Positions 26,960 through 35,018 of a DNA stretch of 50,526 nucleotides are shown here, in pieces. The DNA comes from a virus (Duplodnaviria; Caudoviricetes), in the IMG/VR virus record IMGVR_UViG_3300032290_001492, positions 1-50,526 of that record; one strand, written 5' to 3'. Below the pieces are notes generated by a model, which did not search any database, was not told the origin of the DNA, and saw only the letters and a program-made list of their open reading frames with translations. Position numbers and translations under genes: made by a program. Numbering within the stretch: position 1 is the first letter of the stretch; each line of letters starts with the position of its first letter.

Positions 26960-27772
26960 TTATGCCGCTTGGAATGCCACGAATTTGACGATCACTATCC
27001 CAGAACCACCAAGTCCTCCTAAACCGCCGCCTGTGAACGACGATGACCCGGCAGCTCCACCGCCGCCACCGCCACCGCCGCCGCTGTTGACCCCACCGTC
27101 AGCGGCGTTCGATGCGCCAAATACTTGTGTCTGGCTGTTTTGGCCGCCCTGTCCTCCGTTGCCGCCACCGTAATTACCAGCACCGCCATTGCCGGGTTGG
27201 GTGCCGGCGTTTGCGGATCTAAAACCGCCACCGCCGCCGCCACCGCCGCCACCGCAGATTAATCGGCCCCAAGTCGAAAATAAATTTGGCCCTGCTGTTC
27301 CGTTGCTACCGTTACCACCACTGGTACTCGAACTTCCAGAACCCGATCCTTCAGCCCCGCCGGCGCCTCCGGTTACGTTCGCAGCAATAGTAAAAGGAGA
27401 TGAGGACAGGATTAAAGTGGACGTACTCTGAGCACCCCCCACCGTCGCAGCATAGTCGGTGTTTAAGCTCCAATAATCTAGCACAAGACCGGAGGTCGCG
27501 CTGTTGTACGAACCACCATACCCACCAGGTCCTCCAGGAGTTCCATCGAAACCGTCTTCTTGCTCACCGCCACCTGCGCCGCCGTTTCCTCCGTTGGCCA
27601 CAAGGACATTTACTGGAAGATTCGCCACACTTCTCTGGGTGACCCTAAAATTCCCGGTAGAAGTGAAGGTGTGGATCTGATACACGCCGTCGTAAGTGAT
27701 CGTGCCCCCAGTCGCATTAGCGACTCGGGTCAAGGCAGGAGCCCCCGAGAAAAGCATCTGCTGGATGGACAT
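26960..27772 (-). CDS. Glycine-rich fibre tip/receptor-binding protein
   Basis: ATGGTIT..YQIHTFTSTG, poly-Gly, GGSGIVIVKF terminus; visibly lower GC. Confidence 0.75.
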   Translation of the reverse strand: MSIQQMLFSGAPALTRVANATGGTITYDGVYQIHTFTSTGNFRVTQRSVANLPVNVLVANGGNGGAGGGEQEDGFDGTPGGPGGYGGSYNSATSGLVLDYWSLNTDYAATVGGAQSTSTLILSSSPFTIAANVTGGAGGAEGSGSGSSSTSGGNGSNGTAGPNLFSTWGRLICGGGGGGGGGGFRSANAGTQPGNGGAGNYGGGNGGQGGQNSQTQVFGASNAADGGVNSGGGGGGGGGAAGSSSFTGGGLGGLGGSGIVIVKFVAFQAA

Positions 27773-27773
27773 G

Positions 27774-28211
27774 TTAGGTAAGCCCGGCGCCAGAGATCAC
27801 GAACGTGTCCGACCCGACGCAAAGCACCGTGGCCACGCCCCGCTGCGCCAACGTGCGATTGCCGGTCGTCGCGGAGCCGGCCAGGTACATCGCGATGCCG
27901 CTGCCTGATGTGATGGTCTGGCTCGACGCACTGTTGTTGTAGATCGTAACCGCGTCGCCGACTGAAAAAGCCCCGGACGGGACGGTCACGCCACCAGTCG
28001 TAATCGCGACGTGCTTCCCCGCATCCGCCGCGACCAGAGGATACGCCGCAGTCCGCGCGTTCTGCGGGATCGAGCGGACGTTGCCCTTCGTGTCGCGCAG
28101 GTCGGAGAGCGGCATCCGGCGCGTGCCAAAGGCGTTGCCGTCGAGGGGGATGAAATCAGAGGTATCCGGAGTCGCGGCCTGGGAGGCGATGTCTTTGATC
28201 CGTGTGGGCAT
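27774..28211 (-). CDS. Fibre adaptor protein
   Basis: 145 aa; RIKDI N-terminus, AYPLVAADAGK..VTVPSG.FSVGD..TIYN motif common in phage fibres. Confidence 0.7.
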   Translation of the reverse strand: MPTRIKDIASQAATPDTSDFIPLDGNAFGTRRMPLSDLRDTKGNVRSIPQNARTAAYPLVAADAGKHVAITTGGVTVPSGAFSVGDAVTIYNNSASSQTITSGSGIAMYLAGSATTGNRTLAQRGVATVLCVGSDTFVISGAGLT

Positions 28212-28217
28212 GGTTGC

Positions 28218-28258
28218 AGCGTATCGATTTGGTTAGGACGAAACAAGGGTTGAGCCAG
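28218..28258 (-). promoter_or_regulatory. Putative promoter (CTGGCTCAACCC, TTGTTT-N17-TACGCT), probably leaderless
   Basis: 17-nt spacing, ATG 6 nt after the -10; resembles the TerS promoter. Confidence 0.5.
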
Positions 28259-31200
28259 CCGAGTCGACCAGGGGGTCCCCGTTGTCCAAAGTGAGCGCCT
28301 TGGGATCGACGACCGACGTGACGGTGAGCGGAGCGTTCACGGCGGTGGTGCCCGAGAAGACGCCGAAGTCGGCCACAAGCGCCGACGCATCGGAATCGAC
28401 CAGCGTGTCCCCGCCGGAGATGGCCAGGACGCCGGAGCTGATCTCGAGGACCCTGGAGACCGGAGCGGTGATCGCAGTTGACCCAGACACCGAAATAGTC
28501 GGACGCCGGACCGAGGTGAGGCTCGCGGAGTTTGCGGTGGACCCCGAAGACGGTAGGGCCGCGGGCATCGAGGCGCGGACCCCGGGAGCGAAGACCGAGC
28601 CACCCTGGATCGCGATCGCCAGCGTCGTCGACACCCGGGTGCTGACGCCGACCACGGTGCCGCCGACCACCTCGACCCCCGAACCGCTCTGCACCAGGAT
28701 CCCAAAAGTCGACACCGTCGACCCGAAGGTCTGGCCCGAGGTCCGGACCGCCGCGATGGCCGTGAATTGCGAGACCGTGGACCCAGCCTGGGCCGCGGAG
28801 ACGCGGCTCGCCGCCACGATGCTGCCGGTGACCGCCGTAGACCCCGCAATCACCAGGCCGTCGCCGACCAGGAAGTCTCCGTTCTCCAGGGCGAAGGGAT
28901 CCCCGCCCGAGGTAGCCAGCAGACCGGACTGCAGGGAGATCAGGCGGGGCACCGACGCCAGGACCGAGGTGATGCCGACCGACGCCGACGAGACCGGGGC
29001 GGTGGCCGACGCCGAGCCAAAGACAGCGGTGGAGCCAGAAGACGCGAACGACGTCCGGGACTGTGCGGCAGCCGCAAACGCGACATCCGAAGCGCCGGAC
29101 ACCGCCGCCGACGTGCGAGAGACCGCCGCCAGTGCGTTTAAGACGGATGTCGAGCCGGAGACCGCAACCGATGCCCGGGCGCTCGAGATAATGGCTCCAG
29201 AGACCGCCGTAGACCCCGCGGACGCGCTGCTGGCACGCGCCTGGCTCACCGTCGCCCCAGCCACCACAGTGGCCCCCAAGGTCGACAACGCGGAACGCCG
29301 CAGATCAAACAGGAGCGGCGATACCGCGCACGCGCCGGCGCTTGAGACCGTCAGGCGGGCCGAGGTGGAGATCGAAGAGACCACCACAGTAGTGGCCCCC
29401 AGCGTCGAGACCGGACCAGTGCCCGCGACCAGCACCAAGCCGCTTGAGTCAACGATCGCATCATTCTCTGACGTGACCAGCTCCAGAGGAGCGTCCAGAA
29501 GGATTCGGCGGTCGAACGGCGAATAGAGTGCCGTGCTTCCGAGCGACTGGAAAGAGATCGGCACCGAGGCCAGCACGGTGGCCGAGACCGCGGTCGACCC
29601 AGACGGGGCGACGAGCAGACGAGGCGACGCCATGGTCACGGTGATTGCCGTGGCCCCCGCGAAGATCATGTCGTCCCCAACCAGGATGTCCCCGCCGGAG
29701 GTGACCAGCGGATCGCCTCCGGAAGTGACCAGCTCGGAGGTTCGGAGCGTCAGCGAGACCGCACTTGACGCCGAAACCAGAGAGGTGCCAGCCGACGAGA
29801 CCGGGCCAACCGCTCGGCCGCGGAAGAGAACCGCGGAGAGCTGGGTCGCGCCGGCCGCCGAGCCCTGTGCCCGGACCTGGGATTGGATCGCCGCATAGAC
29901 TCCACTCTGCCCGGAGACCTGGGTGGGGGCGTCGCACCGGGCCGAGATTGAGGCAGCGGTGCCGCAAATCCCGGCGTGGGTGGCGGTGATTCGGTCTTGC
30001 GAGCGAAGCGCGAACGCCAGCACCGTGGATCCAGCCACCGGGACCTGCAGCGCCGTCGACTCCTCGAAGCTGGCGGACACCGACGTAGATCCGGCGGAGG
30101 GGAACGGGAGGCTGGTCCGCACCGCCACCGCGATAGAGACCGCCGTTGCGCCCGCGATCGACGGAGCCTCGCCGAACCCGATGAACGGGATGACGGACAT
30201 CGAGGTGCCGCCGACCTGGGCGCAGAACAATTCCGTCCGGACCCTCAGCGAAACCGTCGCCTGCGTTTGACCAGTTTGCTGGATCTGATCGCTGTACTCC
30301 TCTAGCCCCGATCCAGACTGGTCGACTATCAGGTCCCCCGTGTTGGTCACCAGATCCGACAGCGCGGACAGGGTGACCGCCCTGACCAGCGACGCACCGA
30401 TCGCGGAAGCACCAGCCGAATCAAGGTCGGGCCGCACGACCGCGGCAAGGGCGGCACCAACCAGGGTAGACCCAAAAACCTGCGGCCGAAGCGCCGCCCC
30501 TCCGGCCTGGACCGCCACAACCGTCGAACCAGCAACGCTCGCAGCAAAACGCACCGTGCCGGACAAATTTGCAGCGACCGAGGTTCGCCCGATGAAAAGC
30601 AGATCGGACGACTGGACCAGGAAGTCGTTGTCAGAATCGCCGAGCAGTCCGTACCCGTAGATCGACAAAAACCCGTCCTGCAGGAAGACGAACCGCGTCC
30701 CGCCGACAGTGACGTCGGTGCCGTTGATCGAGTAGACCACCAGCGGCACCGTCGACACCAGCGAGCCGGAGATCGCAGTAGACCCGCCAACCGACACTCC
30801 GAAATCCGGGTACTCCGAGACCAGCCCCACCGAGATCGCGGTGGACCCATCGAACACCATGTCCCCCGCCACCAGAGGCGGCCCATCGCTGCCGACGATG
30901 AGATCCCCACCGTCCGTCGCCATGTAGCCGCTGACGAGCGACGCACGACGATACAGCGTGGCGATCGACGAGGAAGAGCCGGAAATCAGCAGCGTCGCCT
31001 GGGAGCTCGCAACCAGCGAGGCGGTGGTCTGGGACGTGCCAGAGACGCCGGCAACCAGGCGGTCAGAAGACCGGAACGCAGGCAGGACTGACGTCTGCCC
31101 TTGCGCCGAGAACTGCAGCGTCCGCGACGCCGTGAGCGAGCATGTGACCGTGGTGGACCCCGGCGAAGACGAGACCACCGTGTACCGCGCAAGTGCCGTC

Positions 31201-31700
31201 GCCGACACCGAGGTGGCCCCGACCACCACCGGAGCCAGGACCGCCACGCGCCGAAGCGCCACGATCAGCTCACTCGAGCCCGCAATCTGAGACAATACTC
31301 GGCGCAGCACGCGCGCCACCAGAGACACCGCGGTCGACCCGCTCGACGGAGCCAGCAGGACCTTGGCGCCCAGCGAAAGGACCGCTTGCGCCGCCGCGTG
31401 CGCCAGGTCGAGAAACGCCTCGGAAGCATTGCGGACCACGCCGGCGATGCGACCGAGGCCCCAGATTGCCGAGATCCGGGACGCCGAGGACTCGGGCGCC
31501 GCGGAGACCTGGAGGGAACCTACCTGGACCGACGAGCCTCCGGCCACCAGGGAGACCGACGACCCGGGGATCGGGACGCCGGCCTCCCCGGTGCTCGGGG
31601 AGACGTGGGTGGCGGCCGCTGACCCCGCGACCACCACCGCCACGTTGTCGGGCGGATCGACCTCGACGCGGCCCGACGTGTTCTGGACGTCGGCCTGCAC
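28233..31700 (-). CDS. Long S/A/V/G-rich repeat protein (putative fibre rope)
   Basis: 1155 aa; G[SA]T[AS]V motif about every 20-21 aa; immediately downstream of the Gp80-like gene. Confidence 0.75.
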   Translation of the reverse strand: MQADVQNTSGRVEVDPPDNVAVVVAGSAAATHVSPSTGEAGVPIPGSSVSLVAGGSSVQVGSLQVSAAPESSASRISAIWGLGRIAGVVRNASEAFLDLAHAAAQAVLSLGAKVLLAPSSGSTAVSLVARVLRRVLSQIAGSSELIVALRRVAVLAPVVVGATSVSATALARYTVVSSSPGSTTVTCSLTASRTLQFSAQGQTSVLPAFRSSDRLVAGVSGTSQTTASLVASSQATLLISGSSSSIATLYRRASLVSGYMATDGGDLIVGSDGPPLVAGDMVFDGSTAISVGLVSEYPDFGVSVGGSTAISGSLVSTVPLVVYSINGTDVTVGGTRFVFLQDGFLSIYGYGLLGDSDNDFLVQSSDLLFIGRTSVAANLSGTVRFAASVAGSTVVAVQAGGAALRPQVFGSTLVGAALAAVVRPDLDSAGASAIGASLVRAVTLSALSDLVTNTGDLIVDQSGSGLEEYSDQIQQTGQTQATVSLRVRTELFCAQVGGTSMSVIPFIGFGEAPSIAGATAVSIAVAVRTSLPFPSAGSTSVSASFEESTALQVPVAGSTVLAFALRSQDRITATHAGICGTAASISARCDAPTQVSGQSGVYAAIQSQVRAQGSAAGATQLSAVLFRGRAVGPVSSAGTSLVSASSAVSLTLRTSELVTSGGDPLVTSGGDILVGDDMIFAGATAITVTMASPRLLVAPSGSTAVSATVLASVPISFQSLGSTALYSPFDRRILLDAPLELVTSENDAIVDSSGLVLVAGTGPVSTLGATTVVVSSISTSARLTVSSAGACAVSPLLFDLRRSALSTLGATVVAGATVSQARASSASAGSTAVSGAIISSARASVAVSGSTSVLNALAAVSRTSAAVSGASDVAFAAAAQSRTSFASSGSTAVFGSASATAPVSSASVGITSVLASVPRLISLQSGLLATSGGDPFALENGDFLVGDGLVIAGSTAVTGSIVAASRVSAAQAGSTVSQFTAIAAVRTSGQTFGSTVSTFGILVQSGSGVEVVGGTVVGVSTRVSTTLAIAIQGGSVFAPGVRASMPAALPSSGSTANSASLTSVRRPTISVSGSTAITAPVSRVLEISSGVLAISGGDTLVDSDASALVADFGVFSGTTAVNAPLTVTSVVDPKALTLDNGDPLVDSAGSTLVSS

Positions 31701-31708
31701 CTAGACGA

Positions 31709-32104
31709 TCAGGTCTCGGTCAGCGTGAAGTTACCGACCGGAATCGAGACCGTGTCGTTCGAGTCGACCGTCTTGGACGAGATGGTCGCAAAGTACAGGA
31801 GATTGCCGCCGGTAGCTGCGTCAAACACGCCAACGGCGACCACACTGTTCCAGGCAGCCGTCGCGGTAGGCCAGGTGATGGCCGTGGCGTTGGACTTGGC
31901 GCCGCTGGTCGCCGCAGGGAAGTTGGTCGTGTTGTTCGAGAGCGTCGCCCGCGCATACGAGCCACCCGCAACCTCCTGGCCGCCACCGCCCGCAGTGGGG
32001 GCCGAATTGTACAGGCCGAAGTACAGCGTGGCCGGGGCGGTGAAGGCAACCGCACCAACCGGGAGGTCGAGCAGCTTGTTGGCGAGGTAGGTGGATTTAG
32101 GCAT
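31709..32104 (-). CDS. Gp80-like chain-fibre subunit
   Basis: STYLANKLLD...LYFGL..APT.GGGGQEV.GGSYAR...SNATAITWPTATAAW..V..VGVFDAATGGNLL. Confidence 0.8.
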   Translation of the reverse strand: MPKSTYLANKLLDLPVGAVAFTAPATLYFGLYNSAPTAGGGGQEVAGGSYARATLSNNTTNFPAATSGAKSNATAITWPTATAAWNSVVAVGVFDAATGGNLLYFATISSKTVDSNDTVSIPVGNFTLTET

Positions 32105-32107
32105 GGG

Positions 32108-32470
32108 TCAGGAGAGGGATTCGTTGATGACGACCGGGATGTAGCCGGTCGTCGGGAAACTCTGCCTGGCGCCGCCACTAAACGTCGCGACGAACTCGCC
32201 CAGGTAGTAGCCGGTTACGGCCGTGTCGGTCGCGCTCCAGGCGAACCGCACGGCGCCGGTCAACGCATTGTCGATCGTCGCCGTTTTGGTCCAGAGCACC
32301 GAGCTCTTGGTGTACGTCACGTCGCCCGAGCACCCGTCGGTCGACGCCACCGTCGAAGCCAGGCGGAACTGCACACTCGCGCCAGTCAGGTTGACCGCGC
32401 CGGAGGCGTCCTCGAGCGTCGCGACCAGGTCGGGACGGCTGTCGTTGGCCTTGAGGGTGAAGCTCTGCAC
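32108..32470 (-). CDS. BppU N-terminal-like adaptor protein
   Basis: LKANDSRP.L..TL.D..GAVNLTGASV.F...G.V.FAW...DT...G.Y.GEF...QSFP; probable GTG start at 32470. Confidence 0.75.
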   Translation of the reverse strand: MQSFTLKANDSRPDLVATLEDASGAVNLTGASVQFRLASTVASTDGCSGDVTYTKSSVLWTKTATIDNALTGAVRFAWSATDTAVTGYYLGEFVATFSGGARQSFPTTGYIPVVINESLS

Positions 32471-32474
32471 GGGG

Positions 32475-32699
32475 TCAGGCGCTGGCGGTGCGGCCGCGCG
32501 CGACAAACACCGTCGCGCTCATCTGGGAGCCCGCGTTGCCGGCGGAGCGGGCCTTGGACTGCTGGGCGGACCACGCGGTCGCCCCGGACGCCGGCTTGCA
32601 GGAAGCCTCGGTGCAGTCCGCCTGGGCGCCGCGCTGCTCGTGGGTCATGGCCGGCTGGCAGCAGTCGGACGTGTGCATCTGGTGGGTGGAGAGCGCCAT
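32475..32699 (-). CDS. Small hypothetical protein
   Basis: 74 aa from ATG 32699, 7 nt after a promoter -10; stop 4 nt before next start. Confidence 0.55.
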   Translation of the reverse strand: MALSTHQMHTSDCCQPAMTHEQRGAQADCTEASCKPASGATAWSAQQSKARSAGNAGSQMSATVFVARGRTASA

Positions 32700-32706
32700 G
32701 GATCCG

Positions 32707-32747
32707 TGGATACAAGTTCCGGAGCGCCTGGTCAACGGGGTGCCGGG
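32707..32747 (-). promoter_or_regulatory. Late promoter (box CCCGGCACCCCG, TTGACC-N17-TATCCA)
   Basis: Shared box; near-consensus -35. Confidence 0.65.
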
Positions 32748-32986
32748 ACTAGCGAAAACGAAAAAACACACCACGCTTCGTGGCCAGGGAGCGCGAAAAG
32801 CCGGCGGCCCTGCGGGCGGGGGGCCACCCCCACCCCGGCCAGGGGGTGGGGGAGGGGTGGGTTAGTCCCATCACTACTCGCCGAGGCTGAGTGAGACCGA
32901 TACCACCCAGCACCTGACTGATACCGATGCCTGGTCGGATCGAGGTCGATACCGAGGCGAAGCGAGGCGGATCGCCGAGGCACGAG

Positions 32987-33406
32987 CTACCTGCTCGAGG
33001 TGAGCGATGCAGCAAGGTTCGCGACGCGTTCGGCGTAGCGATGCGCCATTGCCGGCGAGCGTCGATGCACGGTCGCATGCAGCCCGGAGTTCCAGGCGAG
33101 CGCGACGTGATACGCATCCTGCGGCAGCCTCGCCTTGGCGAGACCGCGGCAGATCCACGCGTGATGCAAAAGCGCCACGCGCAGCGCCTCGTCGCGATCG
33201 AGCGCCAGGCGGTGAGGCTTCGAGGTGTGCATGCGCCAGGTGGCCGCCTTAAACTGCCAGGGCCCGAGCTCGCCGGATGCGCCTGGGCGCGTGAGCTCGC
33301 GAGGGTTCTCGACCTGGCGGATCGCCTCCAGCGTCGTGCGCGCATCACTCGCGATCGCAGTGCAGGCTGCCGCGCAGGCGAGCACGCATGACAAAAGCTT
33401 ATTCAT
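32987..33406 (-). CDS. Lysozyme/lytic transglycosylase-like endolysin with N-terminal signal peptide
   Basis: MNKLLSCVLACAAACTAIA signal; AIRQVEN (catalytic Glu), GELGPWQF..ATW, ALAWNSG, YAERV. Confidence 0.75.
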   Translation of the reverse strand: MNKLLSCVLACAAACTAIASDARTTLEAIRQVENPRELTRPGASGELGPWQFKAATWRMHTSKPHRLALDRDEALRVALLHHAWICRGLAKARLPQDAYHVALAWNSGLHATVHRRSPAMAHRYAERVANLAASLTSSR

Positions 33407-33962
33407 CGTCATCGAGGTCAGAGTCATGGGCAGAGTCGCGGCCAGGGTCAGCCGAGAGCTCGACAACTGGCGTCGCCGGCAACGGAGCATCAGGGTTGTG
33501 CGCGGCGAAGTTGAACGTGTAGACGCTCGGGCCCGAACGCGTGCTCGAGGTATCGATGCCAGCAGCGCAGCGATACGTTGCGGTCAGTGACTTGAGCGCG
33601 CTGGCGGCAGCGTTGAGCGCGCGGGGGTCGCGTGCGTCGCGCACGAACGAGGCGGCGCGGTCGAGGCCGGCGACAGCACCTTCCGCGACGCGGTCCATCA
33701 CGCGTGCGTGCTGGTTGGCGAGCTCGCGCACGATGGCGCTGTCCTTCTTCTCCTCCACCGGGCCGAGCTTCTCGACGATCAGCTTGCGGCGCTTGGACCA
33801 GCCGCGCGTGTTGATCAGGCGCTGGACCTGCGTGACCGCGTAGTCGGTCTTGTACTTCGCGTTGAGGTGCGCGGTGACTTCGCTCGGCGGGAGCATCATC
33901 CGCATGTACGCATGCCGGACGAATTTGAGGTGAACCTCACTGAAGATGTTGGGACGTGCCAC
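33399..33962 (-). CDS. Putative terminase small subunit
   Basis: 187 aa from GTG 33962; HTH-like N-terminus ending RGWSKRR, helical middle, acidic tail; first late gene. Confidence 0.55.
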   Translation of the reverse strand: MARPNIFSEVHLKFVRHAYMRMMLPPSEVTAHLNAKYKTDYAVTQVQRLINTRGWSKRRKLIVEKLGPVEEKKDSAIVRELANQHARVMDRVAEGAVAGLDRAASFVRDARDPRALNAAASALKSLTATYRCAAGIDTSSTRSGPSVYTFNFAAHNPDAPLPATPVVELSADPGRDSAHDSDLDDDE

Positions 33963-33973
33963 GGGACCTGGCC

Positions 33974-34014
33974 AAAGTACCAGTCGCGCCAGGCGCAAAC
34001 AAGGGTCAGGCGAG
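33974..34014 (-). promoter_or_regulatory. Promoter of first late gene (CTCGCCTGACCC, TTGTTT-N17-TACTTT)
   Basis: 17-nt spacing; partial match to the late box. Confidence 0.55.
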
Positions 34015-34130
34015 CCGAGCAATAGGCCAAAACGGGGCGATCGGGGGCCTGAGAGGGGTAGGACCGCGGCAGGAGGGCGATCGCCCCGCAAATCGCACGC
34101 ATTCGGTGGTGATGACGCCGATGGCAGCTT

Positions 34131-34368
34131 GTGACAGAGCCTCTGTCACTACACCGGGCTTAGAGCCACAACGACTTAGCCCTCCTATGACAGAGATGAC
34201 ATATATTTTAGATATGTATATGTAGTAGTATAGTATGGTATAGGATAGGTATATATTTATATTATAGGGGTTTGGTTTTGCGTGTCATTCCGCCCGTTTG
34301 GGCCTATCCCGCGGAACATCAGCCACTAACGTATGACTTTGGCTTTGTCATCGACCTGATTTTGTCAT
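34131..34368. other. Putative replication origin
   Basis: Strongly AT-rich tract (34201-34267) flanked by TGACA repeats on the left and TGTCAT repeats on the right; palindrome GTGACAGAG-C-CTCTGTCAC. Confidence 0.65.
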
Positions 34369-34517
34369 TCCGGAAACTGGGAAAATAGGTATAAACACCC
34401 AGTACCCCTGGTCCCGCGGCTGTCCCACCCCGGTGCTACGGTTGCCTGATGACCCGCACCACCCGTCGCCCGGCCGCCAGGTTCCCCGTGACCCTGGATC
34501 CCCGTCCCCAGCGTTCC

Positions 34518-34546
34518 TTGACCCCAAAATTGGGGTTAACTACGCC
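34518..34546 (+). promoter_or_regulatory. Putative promoter TTGACC-N17-TACGCC facing the leftward RHH gene
   Basis: 17-nt spacing; overlapped by palindrome ACCCCAA-AA-TTGGGGT. Confidence 0.45.
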
Positions 34547-34683
34547 CGCCTCCGGGTTTGCGAACCACAGCAAACCAATGGGTGGATGTAGGCCCACCCC
34601 CATGCCCCGCCAGGCCTCCGCCTCCCGCCACCGAACCAAAATTCTGCTCGGCGTCGTCTCGACGCTCTGGCTCTTTGTCCCGG

Positions 34684-34938
34684 TCAACCGCCGCCAGGGC
34701 GCTCTGAGAGCCGTCGAAAGACATCTCGGGCAATCTCGTCCCGCAGCAACGCGAGGTCCTGGCGTGTCACGCCGGCCGGCCCCGCCTGATTCTTGCGCTC
34801 GGCCTCAATGAGCCGGGTCAGGAACTGCGAGAGATTTGACCCCTCCCGCGCAGCGGCTGCCTGGGCCCATTCATGGACCCGTTTGTCGAGGGAGATGTTG
34901 ATCCGTTTTTTCAGAGGCAGTGATTGGCAACGGTACAC
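34684..34938 (-). CDS. Ribbon-helix-helix regulator (repressor candidate); start uncertain
   Basis: KKRINISLDKRVHEWAQAAAAREGSNLSQFLTRLIE. Confidence 0.75.
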   Translation of the reverse strand: MYRCQSLPLKKRINISLDKRVHEWAQAAAAREGSNLSQFLTRLIEAERKNQAGPAGVTRQDLALLRDEIARDVFRRLSERPGGG

Positions 34939-35018
34939 ACGAAACGAGCTCTGGCAACTTTTTTGTTGTTCTAAAAACACACGTCGTACACACAGCGTAA
35001 GTAATTCCCTACCACGAC

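Noticed and set aside
28233-31700. Tape measure protein
   Set aside because: Beta-type S/A/V/G repeats rather than helical; no tail tube or chaperone genes; tail genes are podovirus-like
40-33843. Many long plus-strand ORFs over the structural region (e.g. 17460-18908, 28282-29526, 31193-32752)
   Set aside because: Antisense shadows of GC3-biased minus-strand genes; low-complexity R/A/P translations with no motifs
34003-34013. 11-bp match GGGTCAGGCGA to the attP core as a second att site
   Set aside because: Short GC-rich match lacking the T-loop portion and arm repeats; coincides with a promoter box, probably chance
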